Virus record (IMG/VR): IMGVR_UViG_3300032334_000315
Span: 1-64,000 of that record
Length of the DNA stretch: 64,000 nucleotides
Origin: a virus
Strand: one strand, 5' to 3'
Each line of letters opens with the position of its first letter. The stretch's first letter is position 1. Below the pieces are notes generated by a model. It worked only from the letters and a program-made list of their open reading frames with translations. It was not told the DNA's origin and did not search any database. This document shows, piece by piece, positions 53,696-62,199 of this stretch. A program made the translations under genes and the position numbers.

Positions 53696-55108
53696 TTATC
53701 CTTTGAAGTCGGTAACCAGTTCCATACCATAGTTGTTGATGCCTGTTGGAATCTGGACATCAGGCTTCATAATCAATTTATTCTTTTTGAACTGGTTGTA
53801 ATCCACGTAATGATGGTGACGACCAAACCGAATGACCTTTGTCGTAACGTCTGGGTGCATCTGATAAAGCATTTCAGATTTTGGATCAGTACCCTCAGCA
53901 GCATAGAACTCTGCGGTGTTACCACCACCGAGCGTCTGCGTTGCAGCTTTACCCTGCAAGAATGAATTGAACTGGATCGTACACTGCCCAGCTTTCAATA
54001 CACGAAGGCAGATATCGGTGTCTTCATTGTATCGTCCACGCCATCTGAACTCACAGGAGTTGTCAATCAATAGCACCGAATAAATGCGAGTATTGGTTAC
54101 GAATGCGGGATATTTACCATTGGGTGCAATGAAGAACCTGTACTGAAAACCGGAAATTGGTACATTCTCAAACCGATCAACAAAGTCCTCAGCCGCGCGG
54201 AAGATAGCACCACTCTCAGTACGGATACGAAAGTTTTGGTGGAGTCTGTAGAAATCGGAGATGTTATCATCAAGAACCCAATGACGTTTAGCACCGAGAG
54301 ATATAGCATGATCCCAACACCAGTTACGCGCACGACCAGGGCCGTCACCGTGATTAGAGAACGGCAATACCAAAATCTTTGCAGGATCAATGACAGCCGC
54401 ATAGGACTCATAATCTTGCGGTTCAATAGCAATGTAATATGGCACCTGCATCCGTTCAAGCGACCGAGCAGTCAACCGACTATCAGCACGGCCCTTCGAT
54501 ACGATGTAGAGTGGGTATTGTGGATTGGTGTGATTGCCATTGGACTCTACCCACCGCTTCTTAGCGTTAGCATCGCGGTCAAGCTTCGGATACCAAATGC
54601 TGTTGGTATTCTCAGATAGATTTTGATCGACAACCTTCGCGAAGGCCTTGTAGCCGTCTTCATCATAGAAACGCATATCAATTTTATGGTATGGCTCATA
54701 GTCTTCCTGAATGTACTCAGGCATGCCAGTCCATAGCTTGCGCCACTTATCATCAGCCGTAGGCTTTAGTTTCTTCTTGGGCTTCTGCGGTACAGCATCT
54801 TTATCAAGGAACTTATACGTCTTAACATCGGGATCAAACAGAAATGATCTTGATTCTGGATACCAGATTTCGTCCGTCAAAATGTCCTGCTGGATCAGAT
54901 TGACAAACTCTTTCAAATCTTCTTTGGTACGAAAGCTAACATAGATTGACTTGTACGCGCCACCAATATCTTTAGTCGTGGCTTTGTATGTTGGCGTCTG
55001 GTCAACGAAATCTGGATCATCAATGAAATTGGCTACGGTAGAAATAGACTCCGCAGCTTTGAGATCCATACAACTATCATATACCGTGGATTCTTTAATG
55101 TCACTCAT
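53696..55108 (-). CDS. TET/JBP-associated (GREB1-like) glycosyltransferase with duplicated N-terminal domain
   Basis: YIVSKGR, ARNWCWDH, WVLDDNI, WRGRYNEDTD, GGNT. Confidence 0.75.
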   Translation of the reverse strand: MSDIKESTVYDSCMDLKAAESISTVANFIDDPDFVDQTPTYKATTKDIGGAYKSIYVSFRTKEDLKEFVNLIQQDILTDEIWYPESRSFLFDPDVKTYKFLDKDAVPQKPKKKLKPTADDKWRKLWTGMPEYIQEDYEPYHKIDMRFYDEDGYKAFAKVVDQNLSENTNSIWYPKLDRDANAKKRWVESNGNHTNPQYPLYIVSKGRADSRLTARSLERMQVPYYIAIEPQDYESYAAVIDPAKILVLPFSNHGDGPGRARNWCWDHAISLGAKRHWVLDDNISDFYRLHQNFRIRTESGAIFRAAEDFVDRFENVPISGFQYRFFIAPNGKYPAFVTNTRIYSVLLIDNSCEFRWRGRYNEDTDICLRVLKAGQCTIQFNSFLQGKAATQTLGGGNTAEFYAAEGTDPKSEMLYQMHPDVTTKVIRFGRHHHYVDYNQFKKNKLIMKPDVQIPTGINNYGMELVTDFKG

Positions 55109-55118
55109 TGGTTTTCCA

Positions 55119-55655
55119 TCATGCAGTTAATCTTGATTTTATAATCCTATCATACTTCTTCTTCTGTGTCAAGCCCTGTTCTAAATGGAATCTATTGGCG
55201 CGCTTTTGAAACGTGATGCCATCGAGATGGTCTAGCTCATGGAGAAATACTCTGGCTGTATATCCCTTGAACATCGTAGTGCCAGCAGTGCCATCCCAGC
55301 CAGAAAAGCGAACTTCAAATTCAGATGGTCGCTTGATTTTTAAAAACAAACCAGGGTATGAAATACACCCTTCTTCATGCACCACAGTCTCGGTACCCAT
55401 TGTCACTATGCGCGGATTGAAAACAGAAATCACACTATCAGGATCAGTAAAGTTACCAATGACAAAGGCACGTGTCATAATGCCAATCTGACAGGCTGAC
55501 AGACCTACGCCTTTATTAGCAATCATCTGTTCCTTCAGCATGTAGAAAAGCTTCTCAGCCGATAGGATGCTACCATCTTCCATTGTGTAACCAGTATCAA
55601 AGTTAAATGGCTTACACACCTGCTTCAAACGTGGATCGTTGCCCGGAATAATCAT
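55119..55655 (-). CDS. def: peptide deformylase
   Basis: GVGLSACQIG, EGCIS, HELDHLDG. Confidence 0.94.
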   Translation of the reverse strand: MIIPGNDPRLKQVCKPFNFDTGYTMEDGSILSAEKLFYMLKEQMIANKGVGLSACQIGIMTRAFVIGNFTDPDSVISVFNPRIVTMGTETVVHEEGCISYPGLFLKIKRPSEFEVRFSGWDGTAGTTMFKGYTARVFLHELDHLDGITFQKRANRFHLEQGLTQKKKYDRIIKSRLTA

Positions 55656-57361
55656 GATATCATCCTACTAAAGTTTTTCTGTTTTGTGAATCGGAGTGTG
55701 CTTGTGAATTTATCTTGCAGAACATCGCCCTTATGAGAGATGACGAAGATGTTTGTGTCTTCCACATTATGTATAAGCTTCAGGAACTCATCGCAGCCGT
55801 TAGCGTCAAGCGAAGCATCAAATACCTCATCAAGGATAAGCAGATTGGTGTTGACGCTGTTCTTCATGCGAGCGATGGAACGCCATGTAAACAATAGCGA
55901 AAGGTCAATACGCATTTTCTCGCCTTCGCTGAATGAATCGTATGTGAAATCGTCACGGTGGCGTGACAAAATCTTTTCTTCAAACGTCTCATTCAGTTCA
56001 AACTTAACAAAGAAATCCATAGCTGCAAGGTACTTGTTGACAAGCGTATTGATAACTGGTACATATTGCTTGATGATCCGAGACTTGATGCCTGAGTCGC
56101 GCAGAATTATTCCGGCAAGATCGTGCATCTCTCTCTGTGCAAGTAGATGCTTTTTACGCTCCAAGAGATCAGCAAATTTCGCTTGGAGTTCTTTAATGAT
56201 TTCCTCGTGTCCAGTACTGACGGTCTCTTTCTCGAGGCCCTCAATTTCTTTTTGCCAGATAGAGATTTCTTTTTGGCTTGTGCGAACATCGGCTTGGATG
56301 CTATTGAGGCTCGATTGATGTTTATGGATTTGCCGAAGTACTCGCTCAATGCCCTCTCTACGTTCTTCGCATGATGCAATTTCTCCAGATAGCTTAATGA
56401 GCGCATCTTCAATGTCGGCAATTGTCTTTTCTTTCTCATCTATTTTCTCACACTTAATTGCTTGGTCGATATCCTGTGTGCATGTTGGACACTCATTGTT
56501 ATCGTGGTAAAATGCAATTGACTTTTTTGCATTAGCTTTCTTTAGTGTCAAGCTTTTCTCTAAAGCAAGAAGCTTGCGCTGCCTCTCAATAACAGAGTCG
56601 TGGTCATCTGTAGACTCGGTTAGCTGTGCGATAGTTTCTTGCTCTTCCTGTGCATTGACCATCGCACTATCAATAGCTTGTTCCAGCTCAGCAATCCGCT
56701 CGCGGCGCTCAAGAATCTTTTCGCCCTTATGATCCTCTTGTTGCTTACGCAGTTTTTCCTGCACAAGAATGGAATCGGATGTGGATACCATATCGCGTTC
56801 ATTTAGATTGTAGTCCTCACGCGCACCCGTGACGCGATCCTTCAATAGCAAAGCCATTGACGAGAACACACGGATGTCCAACAGGTCTTCAATAACCTCA
56901 CGGCGATTGTTAGTTGATAGCTGCATGAATGGTACGAACGATGACGAACCGAGAATGACAACCTGCGTGAACGACTTCATAGTGAGCCGCAAGATATTCT
57001 TCTCAAGCATCTCCTGATAATCACGCGCAGCAGCTTCCTGATCCAGAAGCTTGCCATTCTCTATGATTTCAAAGATAGCTGGCTTGATACCACGCCTAAT
57101 TAGATATTGCTTATCACCAACCGTAAACTCTACCTCAACGACAACATCTCGGCCATTGACAGAGTTGATTAGCTGATCCTTTTTGATCTTACGGAATGGC
57201 TTGCCATACAACGAAAAACACAATGCATCCAACACAGTAGATTTGCCAGCACCATTCTCACCAACAATAAGAGTTGATGGATTGGCATCTAGCGAAATCT
57301 CTGTGAAGGCGTTGCCAGTGGATAGAAAATTCTTCCAACGAACGGATGTAAAATGTATCAT
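55652..57361 (-). CDS. gp46: recombination endonuclease ATPase subunit (gp46, Rad50/SbcC-like)
   Basis: GENGAGKS, CPTC hook, FSEGEK, LDEVFD, ISH. Confidence 0.96.
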   Translation of the reverse strand: MIHFTSVRWKNFLSTGNAFTEISLDANPSTLIVGENGAGKSTVLDALCFSLYGKPFRKIKKDQLINSVNGRDVVVEVEFTVGDKQYLIRRGIKPAIFEIIENGKLLDQEAAARDYQEMLEKNILRLTMKSFTQVVILGSSSFVPFMQLSTNNRREVIEDLLDIRVFSSMALLLKDRVTGAREDYNLNERDMVSTSDSILVQEKLRKQQEDHKGEKILERRERIAELEQAIDSAMVNAQEEQETIAQLTESTDDHDSVIERQRKLLALEKSLTLKKANAKKSIAFYHDNNECPTCTQDIDQAIKCEKIDEKEKTIADIEDALIKLSGEIASCEERREGIERVLRQIHKHQSSLNSIQADVRTSQKEISIWQKEIEGLEKETVSTGHEEIIKELQAKFADLLERKKHLLAQREMHDLAGIILRDSGIKSRIIKQYVPVINTLVNKYLAAMDFFVKFELNETFEEKILSRHRDDFTYDSFSEGEKMRIDLSLLFTWRSIARMKNSVNTNLLILDEVFDASLDANGCDEFLKLIHNVEDTNIFVISHKGDVLQDKFTSTLRFTKQKNFSRMIS

Positions 57362-57540
57362 TTCTTTCCAATAATATCACGAGGATGGTCTTGATTATCC
57401 CATCTGTATCGCCCAGTAGAATGTTGAGCGAACCGTTTCGCTTCGTTATTCTCAAAGACAGTTACGCCACCAGTCTTATAGATATATCGGTATTCATTAC
57501 CTTCACGATCAAGGTAAATCACACTTGGCTCAAATTCCAT
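57358..57540 (-). CDS. hypothetical protein
   Basis: Coupled ORF between gp47 and gp46. Confidence 0.6.
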   Translation of the reverse strand: MEFEPSVIYLDREGNEYRYIYKTGGVTVFENNEAKRFAQHSTGRYRWDNQDHPRDIIGKK

Positions 57541-57541
57541 A

Positions 57542-58600
57542 TCAAACTTCCATTTTCATTGCTTCATTGTATAGAGAATGCATTAGATTGTCAAGCTCTT
57601 TTGTGTCAACGCTTGTTTCTAGTGTGCCAATATACTTAGACAAAATCGTAAGGGTATCTTCGGCCTCGTTCAATAGATCATTCTCGTCAATGGTGTCCAT
57701 GTTGCGATGGTCTTCAACGATTACCACCTCAATAGGATTGGCTTCATAAAGCTTTGTGGTAAACAAATCAAACGCAAACGGATTATCTTTACCTTGTACG
57801 ATAAGCTTCACATACGCGCCCGCGTATTTTGAAAAGTCTCTATCAAGCAAAGCTTCGGTGGTAACATCCTTATCGTTATACCACATCTTACGGAACATCT
57901 TGAATGGATTTTCTATAAACGCCAGTTCACGAGTTTCCGTATCAAGGATATGGAATCCTTTGGGGTCATCGTAGTCGCTCCAAGTAAACTCAGCATGGCT
58001 ACCAAGGTAGTGAATGTTCCCAGCAGAAGACCTGTGATGATAATGACCGCTAAGTACCATATCGAACCTACCAAACAAACCACGATCATCTCCATGGCTG
58101 ACTGGACTACCTCGATACATTTCAAAACCTGCAAGCTCGAGGTGGCCCATGCAGATTTGAGCGTTTGTTGTGCTGATAAGCTGTAGCGTTTCATCACGGT
58201 TATCATCGCAGATCCATGGAATGAAAAGAATTGGAACGCCATCAACTTTTACCTCTCTAGCGGACTCATAGATACAGAAATCATTTCCGTAGATTTCTCG
58301 GATTGAATTTACAGAGTTCGTATTTTTGAAATAGGTATCGTGATTTCCGATGATGAGGTGTGGACGGATTTCTCTTTGGTGTAGCGGTCTAATAAAATCT
58401 TCTCGTAGTCGCTTAGCTGTATTGATATTAAGATATTTACGACGGTCAACCAAATCACCGAGATGGATAACAGTGTCAATGCCATGAGTATCGAGATACG
58501 GAAAGAAAATGTCATCTAAGAATTTCTTGTTGTTGTCGAGAAATGCGGAATTGTCATTACGCACACCCCAGTGCGTGTCAGTGATAAGTGCAATCTTCAT
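57542..58600 (-). CDS. gp47: recombination endonuclease subunit (gp47, Mre11/SbcD-like)
   Basis: TDTHWG, LGDLVD, GNHD, GH, SGHYH. Confidence 0.96.
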   Translation of the reverse strand: MKIALITDTHWGVRNDNSAFLDNNKKFLDDIFFPYLDTHGIDTVIHLGDLVDRRKYLNINTAKRLREDFIRPLHQREIRPHLIIGNHDTYFKNTNSVNSIREIYGNDFCIYESAREVKVDGVPILFIPWICDDNRDETLQLISTTNAQICMGHLELAGFEMYRGSPVSHGDDRGLFGRFDMVLSGHYHHRSSAGNIHYLGSHAEFTWSDYDDPKGFHILDTETRELAFIENPFKMFRKMWYNDKDVTTEALLDRDFSKYAGAYVKLIVQGKDNPFAFDLFTTKLYEANPIEVVIVEDHRNMDTIDENDLLNEAEDTLTILSKYIGTLETSVDTKELDNLMHSLYNEAMKMEV

Positions 58601-59193
58601 TGTGAATTCAACTTCGCTTCTTTAGTTTCAGCGGCCTTAGCTTTCTTAGCAATGCTGGAATCTTCAAAGTCTTTCATAAAGCGTTCCATCTGTTCCTGTG
58701 ACCACTCACCATACTTGATATCGGTATCATAAGACCTGATATCACCGCCTTGATTTTCAGATGTAGCACCCATAATGTTTGCTTGTTCAATGGCTGCATA
58801 CTTGGTATATAAATGACGCTTCTCTCGTTGAATGCGGCGAAGAAATGCAAAGTAAATAATCTGCGTGAAGTATGCGAATGGATTCTTAGACTTCGCAGGG
58901 TCAAAGTTATTCAGATATAGCAGGCAATTCTCAATACCATCTGAAATCATTTCCTCGCGGAACGTGTAGTTTGAGAAGTTTGGCTTGTATGCAAGGTGTG
59001 TCGCAATCTTCATAATAGCTTCACCGATATAATGTGGAATGCGCGGTAGCTCTTTACCAGCTTCCTTAGCAGCTTGCACTTTCTCTCTATGGATTACCAA
59101 TGCATCAAATAAATCCACATTGTTCACATAATGCTTTTTCTTCTTAGGTGGTTTGGCATAAGTAATGAAGACCGGCTCTAATTTTTCAGTCAT
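58597..59193 (-). CDS. gp55: late-transcription sigma factor (gp55)
   Basis: HYVNN, PNFSNYT, MISDGIENC, NPFAYFTQI..AFLRRI. Confidence 0.96.
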   Translation of the reverse strand: MTEKLEPVFITYAKPPKKKKHYVNNVDLFDALVIHREKVQAAKEAGKELPRIPHYIGEAIMKIATHLAYKPNFSNYTFREEMISDGIENCLLYLNNFDPAKSKNPFAYFTQIIYFAFLRRIQREKRHLYTKYAAIEQANIMGATSENQGGDIRSYDTDIKYGEWSQEQMERFMKDFEDSSIAKKAKAAETKEAKLNSQ

Positions 59194-59202
59194 AATATAC
59201 TC

Positions 59203-59565
59203 CTAGTGGATTGATAAGCTAATGCCATTTGCAGATTCGGCCATATTGCGAATCATTTCTTGGCGCGCTTCATACTTACGCTTCTCTTCTAGCATATCAA
59301 GGGTGCGTTGGTAGCGTTCTGCGATATCTAATTCTACTTGAGAATACACCATTACGTTGCATTTGTCAATAGTTATTTTGCTTTCCATGAGCGAATCAAA
59401 TGGAATCCAACGCATTATGGTTGTTGTCAATACCCCAGTGTCAAGATTTGGCGTGGCATCAACGACGAATGGCTGGCAAACATATAGGCAATCCTCGTCT
59501 TCACCTTCATAGGTACATAGAACATCATCGCCATTATTCATCTTCAAATAATACACTTCGCTCAT
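59203..59565 (-). CDS. conserved T4-like hypothetical protein
   Basis: LKMNNGDDV...RWIP; ends in TAG. Confidence 0.75.
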   Translation of the reverse strand: MSEVYYLKMNNGDDVLCTYEGEDEDCLYVCQPFVVDATPNLDTGVLTTTIMRWIPFDSLMESKITIDKCNVMVYSQVELDIAERYQRTLDMLEEKRKYEARQEMIRNMAESANGISLSIH

Positions 59566-61024
59566 TGGAACTCTCCTTTAGTTTGATGGTGTGCATTTCA
59601 TATGCAAACCCCTCAGAGTTGTACATCTTCACACGTTCAATAAGGTGGTTCAATGTGAAGTTCTTATTGTTGCCGATAGTAAGATTGTCTGCAATATCGA
59701 ATAGTGTCATGCTGTCTTTGGTATCAGATACGCGCAGGCCACGCCCGACCGATTGCATAGTTCTAACGCGGCTTTTAGTTGGGCTTGCGAATATGACATT
59801 ATGTAGGTTCTTGATATTTATGCCTGTACTAAAGGTGCCGTAGGACGCAACGATAATAGCATCGTTCTCCTTCTCAACGATAGCACGAATAGCCTCGCGC
59901 TCTTCACCATCGACACCACCATGAACGAAAAACACCTTGCGATTGCCTGCTTTCTCACCAATCATATCATACAGAATAGCACCATGCTTTTCAACATATG
60001 AATAAAGGATCAGCGTATTCCCCCCGAGAGATACAGCAAGATTACGAATGAATTTATTGCGAGGTTCAAAAGAAATAATGTGTGCAATTTCATCTTGATA
60101 TGTACCACCTTTTAGTTTCTTAGCTTCTGCAACAGGATGATTCAACACCAGAACTTTGATTTTCAAATCAGCAAGTGTGCCTTGATCCATTAGTTCGCGG
60201 GACGATATAATCTTGGTTGCTGGACCAAAAAGACCCTCAAGGACTAGTTCATTGACCTGTGAGCCATCAAGCGTACCTGTGAGACCAAACCGATACTGAG
60301 TATTGACCATGGATGTCATAATCTTAGTAAGGCTCTGTGCTTTGAACAGATGTGCTTCGTCACCGACAATCAACTCAAAAGATTCGAAAAATCTTTTATC
60401 CATTTCGTAAACGGATTGCCAGGTTGAGATAACAATTGGTTTATCAGTTTGTTTATCTTGCCCTCCAAAAATTCGGTGAACGAACTCATCAGATACAAAA
60501 CCATAGTCGGCAAAATCAGAATACAGCTGGTGCACCAAAGAAATAGTTGGCACAATAATAAGAGTACGGCAGTCATAGTACCTCGTCAGAAGATAGATGA
60601 TAAGTGATTTACCAGAGCCAGTAGGAGAAACCAAAACACAGCGTTTGTTTCTAACAGCGAGAGCAAATGCGCGTAATTGGTGGTCGTGTGCTTCAAAAGG
60701 CAGTGAAAGTGATTGTGCAAATTCTTTAGCTTCAGCCAGTGAGAATTCTTCTGTTGCGTCAAAACCATCAACCGACTCGACGGTGTAATCACGCTCTTGC
60801 CCCCAACGCATTACCTCGCGTGAGAGGCCGTGGTAGATTTGATTGTTGCGAGAGTTGAATAGACGGATCTTACCGTCCCAATGTTTTGCTTTGAACGCAG
60901 GGCTATACTTAGCACCAGGTACCTCAAACGTAAGATGCTCAGCTAGTTCTCTTGCAATACCAGGGTCACACTCAACACGGATGAAAGCTTCGTTTACTTT
61001 GTGCAATCTGATATCAGAATCCAT
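59534..61024 (-). CDS. uvsW: UvsW helicase
   Basis: SPTGSGKS, DEAH, TGT, QSVGRGLR. Confidence 0.95.
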   Translation of the reverse strand: MDSDIRLHKVNEAFIRVECDPGIARELAEHLTFEVPGAKYSPAFKAKHWDGKIRLFNSRNNQIYHGLSREVMRWGQERDYTVESVDGFDATEEFSLAEAKEFAQSLSLPFEAHDHQLRAFALAVRNKRCVLVSPTGSGKSLIIYLLTRYYDCRTLIIVPTISLVHQLYSDFADYGFVSDEFVHRIFGGQDKQTDKPIVISTWQSVYEMDKRFFESFELIVGDEAHLFKAQSLTKIMTSMVNTQYRFGLTGTLDGSQVNELVLEGLFGPATKIISSRELMDQGTLADLKIKVLVLNHPVAEAKKLKGGTYQDEIAHIISFEPRNKFIRNLAVSLGGNTLILYSYVEKHGAILYDMIGEKAGNRKVFFVHGGVDGEEREAIRAIVEKENDAIIVASYGTFSTGINIKNLHNVIFASPTKSRVRTMQSVGRGLRVSDTKDSMTLFDIADNLTIGNNKNFTLNHLIERVKMYNSEGFAYEMHTIKLKESSNERSVLFEDE

Positions 61025-61451
61025 TTGTGAACTTTCTCCACTCAATAGCCGACTTGATATCATAACCACGCTGATGAATTGCTTTGATGATTGAGGTTAG
61101 CGTTTCGACCTTCTCTTCCTGCATAGAGATGCGGTTGTCTAACTTCATCAACTCGCTATCAGAATCCACATAATTATGCACCTCATTCTTCAATACCTTG
61201 TGAAGAAAAGGTTCACGGCTCATGCGCTCGAGGTCATCGGGATTGTTTAATGTGCCAAGGTAATACTCACGCAAGTCCTTATACAGACCTTTTTTCTTAG
61301 CCATGCATGATCTCAGAAGCGACCTTTCAATGGCTAAGATTTGAATATATTTGGCGTGAAGGGAAGAAATTGCGAGGCTATCGCGATCTAAGTTAAGATC
61401 GTCATATAGCGCGTCTTTTGACCAGTTCTCAAGGATGTCTTCAAGTTTCAT
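61014..61451 (-). CDS. uvsY: recombination mediator UvsY
   Basis: W.KD, LHAKY, YY.G, IKSAIEWRKF..G. Confidence 0.92.
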   Translation of the reverse strand: MKLEDILENWSKDALYDDLNLDRDSLAISSLHAKYIQILAIERSLLRSCMAKKKGLYKDLREYYLGTLNNPDDLERMSREPFLHKVLKNEVHNYVDSDSELMKLDNRISMQEEKVETLTSIIKAIHQRGYDIKSAIEWRKFTNGF

Positions 61452-61457
61452 ATGTAC

Positions 61458-61486
61458 ATAATACCATTAAGTTTGAGCATTGTCAA
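61458..61486 (-). promoter_or_regulatory. sigma70-type promoter for uvsY
   Basis: TTGACA-N17-TATTAT. Confidence 0.78.
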
Positions 61487-61499
61487 TGCATTATTTGTA

Positions 61500-61549
61500 T
61501 TGACAACCGACTATATCTGAGGTATAATAAGGATGTTGTACCGGGTCAG
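61500..61549 (+). promoter_or_regulatory. antisense sigma70 promoter, twin of 30415-30464
   Basis: TTGACA-N17-TATAAT then AAGGATGTTGTACCGGGTCAG. Confidence 0.75.
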
Positions 61550-61553
61550 TCTA

Positions 61554-62099
61554 TTACTCGTCTAGCGCATACTTACGATATCTGAATACCGCTGTGGCCT
61601 CTAGATAATCAATTGTCGTATTGGTAGACGTAAATGCTAATTCTGTAAGTGAGATTGGGAAGCAATCATAAAAGAAGATGTTGATATTTAGATTCTTAGC
61701 ACTGGTCAATACCGAAAGAACTGCGTCTGATACGAATGTGGTTGCATTACCGACTGGTCTAAAACCAACTGAGTTATTACGAATGTCTTTTGATAGGTCG
61801 CGTGTTTGCCCAAGATCATCAGGGTGACCAAGGCCTACAAGCCATTTCTGAATCTCAAAATAGTTCTTTAGATCCTCATCGACCTTAAATGTAACAGCTA
61901 ACGGCTCGTATGTCAACCTATCTCCTGGGCGCGGTACATACGCGAACGGAGTTGGCGTCTCAATAGGATTCATAGAAATGGCTGGAATAGAAACGCCTTG
62001 AGCAAAATAATTGACGTTAGGCAGACGCTTGATGGCAAACTGAAAGCCATTTTGCCCTAGCATATTAATGTTTTCAGGTTGATTTTGGTACGCTGTCAT
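61554..62099 (-). CDS. gp3: tail completion / tube terminator protein (gp3-like)
   Basis: F.F.I..LP.V.YF, F.VDE...NY.EI..W, FPISL; start re-assigned after the late promoter. Confidence 0.85.
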   Translation of the reverse strand: MTAYQNQPENINMLGQNGFQFAIKRLPNVNYFAQGVSIPAISMNPIETPTPFAYVPRPGDRLTYEPLAVTFKVDEDLKNYFEIQKWLVGLGHPDDLGQTRDLSKDIRNNSVGFRPVGNATTFVSDAVLSVLTSAKNLNINIFFYDCFPISLTELAFTSTNTTIDYLEATAVFRYRKYALDE

Positions 62100-62104
62100 A
62101 TAGC

Positions 62105-62112
62105 TATTTATA
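62105..62112 (-). promoter_or_regulatory. late promoter TATAAATA
   Basis: Exact consensus before gp3. Confidence 0.8.
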
Positions 62113-62114
62113 AT

Positions 62115-62142
62115 AAAAAAGGGAGAGCATTTCTGCCCTCCC
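62115..62142 (-). terminator. intrinsic terminator after gp23
   Basis: GGGAGGGCA-GAAA-TGCTCTCCC-TTTTTT. Confidence 0.88.
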
Positions 62143-62199
62143 AGTTTGCGGCTTGAAACCGTCTTGTATTGCCTCGCCTTTGAATCAGCGAGGTTTTTA

